Below are positions 36,849-49,500 of a stretch of 64,000 nt of DNA, piece after piece; position 1 is the first letter of the stretch; each line of letters starts with the position of its first letter. The translations under genes were made by a program, and so were the position numbers. The DNA is from Utricularia gibba (lineage: Eukaryota > Plantae > Magnoliophyta): contig NEEC01000015.1 of assembly GCA_002189035.1 (NCBI GenBank), positions 248,001 to 312,000 on the forward strand, written 5' to 3'. Below the pieces are notes generated by a model. That model ran no database searches, was not told where the DNA came from, and saw only the letters and a program-made list of their open reading frames with translations.

Positions 36849-38877
36849 TGTGTTGCAGAGCATTACTGCTCTAACTCTGCCGCGTCTCGCAATGCTGGTT
36901 TTTTGCAAGCACCGCCGGGCGCAAATACCGGATCCAAAACGAAACCTCCGATGACCCACGAAGCTCCGATGACTCACGAAACAGGAGCATCTTCATTCCA
37001 CACACCATAACTATAATGTGTTTGTTACCAATACTGTATTATTTCCACCGTACGGCTCGCTGTACGGCTTTGATGTACCATTGCCGCCGTGATTTTGTAA
37101 ATATTCATTCTGTTCTTGGTTTATTGTCTTTTGTAAAAAAAAAAAACCCTAAAAAGGTTTGGGCCGAAGCCCTAATGATGCTTTGGGCCCACGTCTGATC
37201 CCATACCGTTTTGAGAAATAAGTGCACCGGCCCAAAGGCCTCAATTTGATGAATACTGATATCACGATGGAGGGTAGATGTCGTTTATTAAGAAAAAAAA
37301 AAAAACAGAACCGTCATGGATGACGTCATTCACAAAAATTTCAAATTCCCAAAGGACGCCACCTGAAATTTTATATTAATTAAATTTAATGATTTCGTGG
37401 CGCAATTGTTTAAATTAATAAAGATACGGACTGGCAGTAAATACCAGAATTTTATAATGAAATAAATTCTCGGGCTTGTGACAAACACAATTCCCCAAAA
37501 TAAAATAAAAGAAACTTATTATAATTATTTGGTACAATTTAAAAAAATGTCTTCTTTGAAATATATATTTAAATGAATAAAAATAGAAACAAACTTAATT
37601 GAATACTTATTTTATGAATTAAATGAATCGTATACTAAGACGTATTTTATAAGGGATATAAAATTATTACTTTATTAAAAAAAAAAATTTCTCATCCATG
37701 GAGGCCATGTGTCCACTAAATGTAACATAACATTAGGTGTCCGCCCTGTGCGGGACAAGCGGGCTATAAAGTATTCGTACGATAATGTTGAAATAATAAA
37801 ATATAATATAAGATCGGATCTAGCCTGCCCTTTTCGTCGTCGTTTTGTGTTGGGAGAAAGTATGTTAATAATGGAAAATCAGATGTTCACAGGGGCTGGG
37901 GTGTAATTTCATGGCCCCACAAGCCACATCCTGGGATGCTGCTGACCTGGCGCCAGCTATCCCTCTTTTTCTTTTTCTTCAATTTTATTAATTTAACAAA
38001 ACACCCACATTGCTACTAATTACCAATCATATTATTTTTAAAAAATGTCTTTCAACCACAAAAATTCATCAAAACGGTTGTATTAGATTTTAAATTATTT
38101 TTGAAGAGAAATAAACATGTTATTTTGGTAAATACAGGAGTTGGTACCGGACTCGGTTGGGAGTAAAGTCATCCACACCCGAAACCGCGGCTGGATGCTT
38201 CCTGGAATCTTTCTTTCTTTCTTTCACATTTTAATTAATTATTGGAGAATTAAATTATTTATTTTGTGTTTATTAAAAGTGTGGACAAATATGAACTGAA
38301 ATGGAAGTGAAATGTGACATGGTGGATTTCACTCTCACACATGATGGTCAAATTTGTCTATATACGATTTCCACTTTTCTCATACATTCAAAAGATATTG
38401 ACCACGTTTGTAACACATCCATTGTATATAATATGGTGCTGGTGCATGGGTAATTGGATGGATCCATCCCTATTGTATTATTTTTTTCCGTGTATTATTA
38501 TTGTTTTTGTGTAATAGTACAAAATGACAGCGCAGCTTAATTATGAAAACAAAACATATCTGCCATGATTTCAGACTGGAAGGTGGATTCATTTCATTAA
38601 ATCCACAGTTTTTTGTAAGAAAAATAAAAAAGTGAGTGGATTAATTTGTGAGGTAAATTTATTTTTGGTATAAATTGGATTTGCTGAGTGGAGGTTGAAG
38701 GGGTTTGGAGAATCTGCAGCAAATTTAGGGAACTCAAAATTTCTCCACCATCTTCCACTGGACGGAGGGACGGAAGGAGATTGCTCAAACACAGGGCAGA
38801 TATTGAGTGAGCATGCCGGTGGCGCCACCCGTATGCTTCCGTTACGGTTACGGACAAATCTAGGAACTATCTAAGGA

Positions 38878-39585
38878 TTACACATTTTTGGGCCAAGAGA
38901 GAGTCAACTCCAGTCCGAGATCAGGGGAGGGAACCTCGTCGGGTAGCCGGGAAGCTGGGGCTGTGGTCGGGTTCCGCCGCGGTTTACGGACATTCCCGGG
39001 AGACGGAGAGGGACTGTCATCTCCTCTGCCTTCCCATCCCGTGATCGTGAACTTTTCCGGCACGTCTATTGTGGGGTTTTCGGCGGCTGAACTGGACGCC
39101 GGAGACCGCTTAATGCGGCGGATGTTGCAGCTTTTAACTGGGTCCCGCCGGAGCCCTTCAGAGTGGGCGTCTTCTGAGATTTCTTCCATCATGAGCGAAG
39201 AACCTTCGAGCACGGCGTCGACGGCTGCCTGACACCGCGCCCATTCCCCGGAACCCATCAGCCCCGTCGCTCCTCCCACCGGATTGATTATACGCCCACA
39301 GGCTTCATACAACAACGACTTGAAAATCTCTGCAAATTCAACATTTGTCAGCTCCCAAATTTTACTCCTCTGCTACATAAAAACCAGGGTCACTGAGTTA
39401 CCGGGGTGGAGATGGTCGGGGCCAGCGTTGATGAGGTTGACGAGGCCGGCGCGGCCGTAGAACTTGGCGAGGAAGACGACGGCGTTGGCCTGGGACTCCG
39501 GGGAAGGTATCCAATCAAGACAGGGCCTAAGAGTACAATCAGGGGAGCAGCCTTTCCGCAAAACTCTGCAGCCGTTGCAGCTCAT
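38878..39585 (-). CDS. Class II LOB-domain protein (LBD40/41/42-like), 2 exons
   Basis: [61 protein letters not shown]|[43 protein letters not shown]; C-terminal LGLELTL (EAR-like). Confidence 0.92.
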
Positions 39586-41867
39586 TCTCACGCCAAAAGC
39601 CAGGAGAAGACGAAAGATGGAAAAAAGCGAAGCAGGAATCTATCGGGAACCAAAAGTATGCCGAGAAAATGGAGGAAAAAAAGGGAGAGGTATGTATTTA
39701 AACACACGAGTAATAAATACCTTCAAACAGATCCTCAATGGAAACACATGCAAAGCAAATAATTTGCAAATAATTTTATATTTTAAACTCCAACACATAA
39801 TACTAAACACTCCCTAATTTTAAAAAATGTGCAGATTTTATTCAAAATCGAAAATTAATGAAAATTTAAGAATATTTTATTTCAAAAATTCCATATTCCC
39901 AATTTAAAATTAAAAGTATCAACAACGGCAATCTGGGCTCCTGGTTGCTGGGCGGTCACGTGAGCAGTCCCAGGTGCTACATGTGGAGTTGTGGACTCGC
40001 GTGTGATTACACAGCCACGCGTCGTCATTTCCCGACCCTATACGATGCGCGCCCACAAAGCTGATTTGAGTATTTTTTTTATTTTTTAGTATTTTGGGAT
40101 ATGAGTTGATAATAAAATATTTTTAAAGTATTTGGATCTGTTTTGTAAACATAATTTCCTAAATTAATAATATTTAATTTTTGAAAATTTTAATCTTGAA
40201 TCATTTTGTAGTCAAATTGTTTTTGAGATTATAATAAAATTATAATGTTATAATTAACTTTTCAAAAACTATTGAATTTATATATTTAGTAATTAAATAA
40301 AAAATAATTAGAAAATTATATTAATTTTTATTCTAAAAATATATTTATATCATAATATTAAATTATATAATAAAATATTTTCATGAATCATAAATTGATT
40401 TTATTCAAATAATCTCAAAATTAATTCTATTTTATATAATCTAAATCACTAATTCAAAATACAAAACACGTTCTTTATACATGAATGGAATCTGTTTAAA
40501 ACGTAAGGTTTGGACTATTTTTGAATCATTTCACATAATATTTTTAAAACAAAATACATTCACATGAGCCTTCTATTTGGGCCGGGGTACCCCGCGGACC
40601 CTACTGGGTTCTCCCCAAGGCCCAAACGCTCCCTCTAGAAACACACACACACACGCACACGCCCACATGGTCGGTAAAAGGCATCCAGTAAGAGATGTGG
40701 TTTGAAAAGGCAGGAGTGTTTTTACCGCAACAGCGAGTTAGGAGGATGAGGGCAGGAGGAGTTGATCTGATCTAAGCAAGGTAATGGTCCCCCTCGTGAC
40801 CTGAAATAATTGGGTAAATAAGAAGATAGAAAAGTACAGGTTTGATAGAAACGCAACACAGAGTACAACACCCCTCCTCCCTTAAAAACACCAGCATCCT
40901 CTCCCTTTACATCAAATCTTATCATTACTCTTCGCTCCTACACCAAATGCCAAAACCCACTGTCTTCCAAGATTACACACTAGCTTTGTGTCACTTATCC
41001 CCACTCCTGAAACTCCCTCTCTCTCGCTCTCTCTCTCTGTGAAATGGCAAGTGCATCTCTCACCCTCTTACCCCAGCTAGGCCTCCCTGTGTTCCAAGTT
41101 TCTCGCATGAAGGTAGGTATTGGTGATGATCATGTGAATAAAACTAGTTAACTTTGCTGCGATTTTTGGTGTATCATCCATCCAAGTCTATGATTCTATA
41201 TAGCGTGTGTGCTGGTGCAATAAAGTTGAAGTTCCTTCTCCCCCAGTGTCTATCTAAATATGTACTCTCATGATATATGTTGGAACCGCGAAATTACGAC
41301 GCTACCCCCTTGGCTAAGCCATCTCAGAAACCCTAAGATCAGCATGAATCCATCCTCCACTCTCAGCATCATTATAATTTGTGTGTGTGCCTGGGTTTGT
41401 GTTTGTTTGTATATATGGGTGGGTGGGTGGGTGGAGTATAATGTAGATTGTGCATGCAGGGCTAGGGTATATAGGGCAGTAAAGCTAGCAAAAGAGAGAT
41501 CAGGCAATGTCCTTCTCAGGAAATCACAAGAACCAGAGCAAGTGACATTACCATGCACCTGCACAAAGAGAAAGATAACCATCTCCTTCCTCCGCATCAT
41601 CTCAATCTCCTTTTTGAAGTCACGAGACACTTCTGCCCTCTCTTCTTCTTCTCTATCCCCTCTTTCAATTCTCAGTGAGAGAGAGAGAGAGCGTATAATG
41701 GCAGGATATTAACTGATAGAACGACTTCCTTCAAACCCCATTTTTTTCCTTCGACTCCAGTCCCCAAACTGAAAGTTCACCTCCCTCTAGTCCTCTGCCC
41801 TTCTCTTCTTCTCCGCCCCCGGGATAGAATTTTGATAACTACCCACAAAAGTTTCCGCTGTTTTTCC

Positions 41868-43094
41868 ATGTATGTGAAATATGTCTAACTAAGAGTACCA
41901 ATCCTCAGCTGCTCCCTCCGTCTTCAGTTTCTTCCTTTTACCAATGTTTTGTGTTGGTTTTGGTTTGCAGGAGACCCGAGGGAAATCCACTAGACCTCAA
42001 CAACTTGCCTGAAGATTACACCAGAGATGGTAAACAGACTTCAGAAGACACTTCTTCTTCTGTTGGTACACCCCTTTATCTTTAGTGCTATTCACCTCTT
42101 CCCTTCACATTTCCCCCGCTAAGTCTCGCAACCCTCTCCCATTCCGTACGATCCTACTCTAATCATCTTCTCCTTATTACTAATTGAAATTTCCAACCTT
42201 CGACCTGTGTGATTTCCAAAGGGTCTAGTCTAGTGATAGTAGTGTGAGTGTGAAGAGAGCAGCGAGAACGGAACCCCAGAAAGTAAGATCAGATGACAAG
42301 ACAGGAGGCGGGGAAATGGGGAATATTCATTCATTCATGGGGAGGGGAAAAACTAGGGTTTTTTGGGTCTAGGTCTACATTGCAACACAAGATTTGATTA
42401 GTCTCATCAAAGTTGCTTTAATTGGCATTTCTGCAGATGTCTACAGGAAAAAGAAAAGCGGCGTTAAGGAACCAAAAGATGAGCCCTCCAAGGTCTACGA
42501 GTGCAGGTTCTGCTCCCTCAAGTTCTGCAAGTCCCAAGCCCTCGGTGGTCACATGAACCGCCATCGCCAAGGTTCCCTCAAATCCCTTCCTAAAACGCTT
42601 CCATTTTTTTTTTCTTCAATCTCGGTTTCGTTTCAGAACGGGAGACGGAGACACTGAACAAGGCTCGGCAGCTGGTTTTCACGAATGATTTGGTCACGCC
42701 GCATCATCTGGGTTATGTTTCAAGTTCCGGCGTTCCGCCGGTGCCACACGGTGGGTATCATCCTTCGGCCGGCGTGGCATTCAGATCGCTATACCCTACG
42801 AGACTCTTTCCACCGAACACCAGTCTGCTTCCTCCGCACGCGCCGCCATCAAGTCATCCTGCTGCCCCACCGCCACCGCCCTTCATCTACGCCTCCCCCC
42901 AACGCCTGGTCCCCATATCCACTCCACCGGCGACGAATGACTACTTTTTCGGGCAGGTTCTGTCCTCAGGAGAAGACGGGAATTACACCTGCATCGGCGC
43001 ACCCGTCGTCGTCAACGGCGGCGGTGGAGGTGGGATGGACCTCGCACTCCATCACACCCATGAAGAAGCGGGGATTAACTGGCGCCCCAGATAA
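41868..43094 (+). CDS. JAG: JAGGED-like single C2H2 zinc-finger repressor
   Basis: AT|G RPEGNPLDLNNLPEDYTRDGKQ (N-terminal DLNNLP EAR motif), VYECRFCSLKFCKSQALGGHMNRHRQ|ERETETLNKARQLVF, Pro-rich region, YTCIGAP motif. Confidence 0.92.
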
Positions 43095-44692
43095 ACCAAA
43101 ATTTCAATAAAAAAAAGAAACAGAGAGAGAACACGATGAATCGAATCTTCAGTTTGAAGTTTGGTTCAGCTGGTTCGCTTGTTTTCTTGTTCCCTCGGTA
43201 TTTTCTATGCAGTAATTGCTGGTTGACAAGCCACCCTCATCCACCACAGAGATATCATCCATCGGAAAATGACAAACCCTCCATTATATTATTTATTCAG
43301 CCACAAAAAATGCACTATATTTATTTTTAAATATTGAAATTTTTTTTTTACAGTTGCAGGTCCCCGTTCAGACACGAGCTCTCACCTTCATCATATCTCT
43401 TACCTTGCATGCGAATTTGTCTTATTTTGTCGGACGCCATTAAATTAATTCGCATTTTCATCAACGTCCGTCCGAAGAAGGCCCAGAGGGGTATTATCGG
43501 TAAGTAGGGCAGATGCAGTAGCAGACGGCGAGGGCCGTTGGAGCTGTAGCTGCTGTGGACAACAAGTGCAATAGAAAGAGAGACGACAGGGGTGGGTGGC
43601 TGGGTATCTTTGAAATAGGTGGAGACACGATCGGATCTGCAGATGGGGAATTTTTTTCAACTGCAGAACAAAAATTTCTCTCCCTCTCTCTCGCATGTAC
43701 AGCGGAAAGGAGGGTGTTTTTGCTGGTGAATGTGAGTGCAATAGGAATAGGCCCTGGATTGCTGTTAGGGTTGTCCAGATGCTTCCTTCTCTCACTTATT
43801 TCAGTGCCCTGATCCTCAGCTCACCTCAGTTCTCTCCCCTTTTCTATTTCCTCTACACCCTCCCCCACTGGTACACAAGAGAACCGGAGTTTCATATTTG
43901 TAAAACAATTGACTTGTGTTTTTGAACGTGGGGTACCGGTATGCTGTGTGGAATTTATTGTTTGTCGATGGACTGAGGGGAAGGAAGGGGATTCCATCAG
44001 GAGGACCACATCACTGCGTCTTCAAGTCCCTATCTCTCTGTTTGATGTGAATGTCTCTGGATCCCACAGATATACACACATATGTATACACACAGATTGA
44101 TATACACAAAATATACCAGAGCTGAGCCGGGATCCCGAGGCCTGGTTTCATGAAAGGAACAACACTTTCCAGTTTTGCTCCTTTTTAAATGCATTCCCCT
44201 TTTCATTATCTTAAATTTCGAGACGATTGGTCTATTTCAATGCCTCCAGGATGTTCATCGCAAAGCATTAGGCAAATGGTGGAGAAGTGAAGCATAAGAG
44301 GAAAAACAAGGGCAGGGAGATAGGGTAGGGTAGTAGCAGCAGTGAGTGACTCGACTCGGAGTGGGTCTGAGAAAGGGGGTCTAAGAGAGTAGAGGGGGGA
44401 ATGAATGAATGAATGAAAGCGCATTAGTGGTGGATTTGGGAATTGGGGTTAGGGATAAAGCCGGTGGATCATAGGGTGCGTGCAAGAAAAGAGAGTGGTC
44501 TTGCTTATTTATTCATTGCAGGGCTAGTTTAGGTTCAGGGCAAAGGAGGCCGGCGAGTGAGTGTGAATAAAGTAGACAAGACATTTGATTCATTATCACT
44601 GCACTGCACTGCACTGCAAGCACAAACACCAACAGCCCCCCAGCTGCCACCTACACCTCTCGTGCTTCGCAAAAAATTCACACCAGCCAGCA

Positions 44693-44708
44693 CCCCCCCC
44701 CCCCCCCC
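44693..44708. repeat. C16 homopolymer
   Basis: Sixteen consecutive C. Confidence 0.9.
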
Positions 44709-46537
44709 TTGCTCCTCCGGCTCCCTCATGGAGTCGGTGCCCAAGCTTCACTAAAAAATGTATCTTGATGTGTTTGCAGCATTATCTGCGCTTTGTGCTT
44801 GTGAAAACTGTGTTCAAGATAATAGTTTTGGAGGAGGGAGAACTGTGAGGCATCTCTGATCTCTCTACCCCATGGCTGGTAGATGGTATGAAGTTAATAA
44901 TCACCTTGATTTACGCAAACCTGGAAGTTACTTTTTATAACCGCCTTGAATTGGTGAAACATGGGTGACATCTGCTGTCAAATCTGTTAAAAGTTAACCC
45001 ACCTCGATCGAGCTCTCGTATCTTTCTTTATTCATTCACCCGAGAGGCCGTCAACTCTCTGTAAAATTCATTACCTTCTCATCTTTATTCTTCCCCTTGT
45101 TTTTCGTGTACATGCAGCTGGTTTATCTTTTAAAATTCCCCCTGGTTTGCCTTCGCAAGCAAGAGATGAAGAACTTGGTACTCGGTAGCATGGATGCAAC
45201 GCCATGTTTTTGAATGAAAGATGTAAATCAACAATGGAGGAAAGAGCCAAACACACAACCTCGAAAGTACACCGCGCGATGCATTTGGTGCACAGACAAA
45301 AGAAGCAATGCAGGCATGTGTGAAATGGATTTACCCTTCCACTCCATTTTATTTAACCATGATTCGGTAAATTTTCCTGTCACTGGGGTTTGTTCACTGC
45401 CAAGGCAGCTTGCAGGTTTAGTATGCTATACTCCCGGCTCCAAGGAACGGTAAACGAATGCAGGGTGCCCTTCAGAACATCATGAAAACAGTTTTCACTG
45501 CTAACCAGCAAGCACTTGGTGTAGCATGGCATGCGGTAAAAACCTTTGAAGTGATTATGAAAAAGATTAAACTGGGGCATTAACCGCGACGACCCTCTCC
45601 CTGATAGGAGTCTTATCATTACTGCTCTCAGAAGGAAGACATCGGGCAGCGTGTCCACAAACAGACCCAAGTATGGGGTTCCATGGAGAGGAAGCACGTG
45701 AAGCCAAGCCATCCATCCGAAGTCGCACGTGCCAGAGGGCTGTGTGTGAATGAATGATGGAAGAAGAAACAGATTCCAGGTTGTTTCAGATGAAATCTGC
45801 ATAGCAACTCAGCAGGATGCGCATCATGATGCACAGTTCCTTCTAAATAAGAAGCAAAAAAGCAAAGCTGGGGAAGCATTCATGCCCCTCTTTGTCATGT
45901 TATGTCTTTCGGGAAACAAGATGTACCATCCCCACTCCCTCCCCTTCTGCACCACTCCTCTCCTCCAGCCACATTCTAAAACTACCACAGTCAATTTTGT
46001 TTTCTACTGCCGCAGTTAATTTGTTTACACAGCGAATGCTTCTTTCTGCACATGGACTTGGAGTGTGAAGGTGGGAACATGGCGGTTTGATACAATCCTT
46101 GGGTGCAGGCCCATCAACTTGGATACAGTACGCCAGTTCATGGATTTTGTTTTCAAGGATATTCCAGCATCGCCGTGCATGGGAGTTTTGGCGGCGGCGC
46201 TCGTCGCATTTTTAAGTGGGTCGCCGGAAAGCCCAATGTAGGAATGCGATTAGCCCAATTCAAGTATAGCTTTCGATGGGCCTGGGCCTAGATGCTACGT
46301 AATTAATTCATTTTTTAGGAAACAATTATTTGGGAAAAAAGAAACTAATCGTTGCCTTCTTCATTAATGACCTACCGGCTAGCCTGTTTTCTTGATTTGC
46401 AGACAATTACACGGAGGAAATCCGGGAATGAAAAATTGAGCCGTTGATGGGGAGTGAGGTGTAGGCAGCGCCGTTGATAAGCTATTTCAGTTGTTCGAAC
46501 TTGATGCTTTTTGCCGGGAGGTGCTTGTGAATCACAA

Positions 46538-49500
46538 ATGGCGACTCAAAAGGTGAACTTGGCGGTGATCTTGAAGGTCCCGGTAGTCGATGACGCATTT
46601 CTACTCACAAAGAAGAGTCCACCGCCTTGCTTCAATGACCCCGAGTATGATTCTTACAAGGATTCGGATCTTTGGGACCTGCCGTCTGTTCAGTTGTCAC
46701 CGAAAAGTAGCGCAGATCATGGCCACGAGATTCATATTGAAGGCTTGGATGATTCTTCTGTTGAATTTTTGAGGCTTTTTGACATCGATTCCGCTTTAAT
46801 CCAGGTATTCACACGCCTGAAAGGTCATCTCATTCTAGTCTTTGAATGGAGCTTGTGTAGATAGTTGACGCTTCCTTTGAATGGCTTTACGGTAGGTTCT
46901 TCGATCAGTGGGAATCGCTGACGTTGCAGGCATAAATTGGTCTTTCACAAAAATTGTTGAGGAACCAGAATTTGGACCTGGACTCCCAGAAAAGACGGTA
47001 TATCTTTCTGGAGCCACTGAACAGCGTTTTCAGTTGGAAGGTTCGTTTGATCTTTAAGCAAAAGGGCTAATATCTAGTTTGTACGGTTTCGGCTCAATTA
47101 GTCTGTAGTGAGTGTGCGTAGTGTTATCATGTAGACAATATGAAAGGGATGATCCACAGCATTTGCAGGAGAAAACTTGAAGCTCTTTCGAATGACGTTA
47201 ACGTTCACATGAGATTTTTAATGAATGTTCTTGAAGTTGTGAACATGTTATGCATCATTTATGCATGGACACGAACTATAAAAGAATATATTCTTGAAGT
47301 GGTTATTTGCGTCTGCTTTGAGCTATGTGTTTGTCTGATTGGAGGTTTTTGATATTAAGAAGTGATTCAATGTGATATTTTCGTGTGCACAGATCATTGT
47401 AAGTGGATGACCAACGATGCCTGTGATGCTTTGCTTCAACAAGTAAAGCCTCAAAATGATCGTATTGGTCCACTTGTTGTTGTTGGTCTTCTGAATGACT
47501 TGAAAAAAACTTCTGATGTTGCCCCCAACTTGAGATCCCAGGTTTGTCCCTTGCTAGTTCCGCTATTTGGTACTAGAGGAGATTTTTGGGCATCTCAGTT
47601 TTAACTTACACGAATCATGGAATTTTCTTATGAGTTTATATCCAGGAATATCCTCCGGGCATTAAAGTTGTGCCTATGAGAAGCAGAACTGGAAAACCTT
47701 TTTATACCACAAATTTGATTGTGCTTGTGCCTGCGAACAAATGTGGTAGCGTCAGTGGGGATGATTTTGTTGCAAGCGGAGATGCACTTATCATAGATCC
47801 GGGATGCAGCTCTGTGATGCACAAGGAGGTATTCTAGTATACACATTAGAACATATCATCTTTTTAATTTAGAATGTGATTGTTCAGTATGGATGATTTC
47901 CTGCTGCATGCACATGCTACGAAACAACTATGCCTAGTCTATTTACACTCCCAGAATCATTTACTGATGCATCGCATGATCAGCTGGAGGAAATTGTTTC
48001 TGCACTCCCGAAAAAGTTACTCGTGTTTGTAACCCATCATCACTATGATCATGTTGATGGTAAAATGCCTTTACCACATTTCGAAGATACTGCTTCACCA
48101 TTTGAGTTACTAGTTATATTTTCCTGTTGCCTCACAGGTCTCTCTGTTGTTCAAAAATGTAATGCTGATGCAGTTCTCTTGGCTCATGAAAACACGTGTC
48201 GCCGAATCTCAAAAGGTGTGTTTGCTTTTAAGTTTATGGCCTATACAGTTGTTGTCGCAAGATCTAACAGCACAAACCATCTTAAGAAAAAAGCATGTGA
48301 TCCTGTTGTTTAACAGAAGATTGGTCCTCGAGGCATATTCCGGTAGTGGGGCTTGAAGAAATCTGCATTGCTGGTCAACGTCTCAGAGTCATTGCAGCTC
48401 CGGTAGACTATCCTATGTTTGTTGTACATGTATTTATGTGCCCATTTGTGATTTTTTTTTTATCTGACTTTCATATAAGCTGCTCTATCCTACAATCTCA
48501 TTAGGGACATACAGATGGTCATCTAGCATTGCTGCATGTGGCTACGAATACTTTGGTCGTTGGAGATCATTGTGTTGGGTAGGTTCCCCGTAAATGTGGA
48601 TGCTAATCTTGAAAATGAAGTTTGCAATGAGTTATAGCTGGACTGTATAGAGGGGCAGCATGAAATTGGTGAAATATAACGTCTTGCACGTTTCTAGTCA
48701 TGCATAATTGTTTATAGGAATTTTTTTTGTTACCTGGATGCAGTCAGGGAAGTGCTGTATTGGATATAACATCTGGTGGAAATATGAGTGTAAGTTCAAA
48801 ATCAAGGGACCTAATAATTGCCTTTTCTTGTTCACTGCGTTTATTTTTTATGTCATGGACTCGTGATTGTTGTTTTGGGCTCGACACAACTTGCTTATTA
48901 TTTTCTCTGTAGGATTACTTCCGAACGACGTACGAGCTTATGGACATGTCACCACATGTTCTAATTCCAATGCATGGTAGAGCAAATATGTGGCCAAAAC
49001 ACATGCTCTGCAGCTATCTCAAGTCAGTATTGACGCTTCTGAACTAGTTGTTTGATGCTTGGTCCTTAGAAACTTTTGTTTCCTAAAATTTTCAGAAACC
49101 GTAGAAAACGAGAATCCACCATTTTAGATGCCATACAAAATGGAGCAAGAACTCTGTTTGATGTTGTTGCGTATACATATGCTGATGTTGATCGAAGTCT
49201 ATGGCTTCATGCTTCCTCAAATGTGAGACTGCACATCCAACACCTCGCTGTGCAGGGTAAATTACCTGAGGTAACATGCTTGAGCTGAAAACACTTGCTG
49301 ATTCTTCTGCCTTCTTGTTAGGCAGAGTTAGCTCTAATTTTGGTTTGGTTATCAGTTATCACAAAAAAATAAGGAAAAAAAAAACCACATGATTTGTCCA
49401 TTGAAGACACACAAAAACTCTTGGGTTTTGAAGTTACTAGTGTTTTTTTTTTTAACCTGAACATGCAGGATTTCTCTCAGAATTTCAAAGGCAGTTTAGT

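Noticed and set aside
44089-44110. Phytosulfokine-like HTDYIYTQ coding sequence
   Set aside because: Reads CAC ACA GAT TGA (stop), lies in a CA/TA simple repeat, and has no signal peptide or correctly spaced precursor motif.
44730-44848. RTFL/DEVIL-like SFTKKC peptide
   Set aside because: Lacks the conserved EQRARxYIxRRCVxMLxCW core; the similar weak match at about 28300 was rejected for the same reason.
45684-45702. miR164-like sequence TGGAGAGGAAGCACGTGAA
   Set aside because: Several mismatches and a gap versus miR164, and no complementary star arm found nearby.
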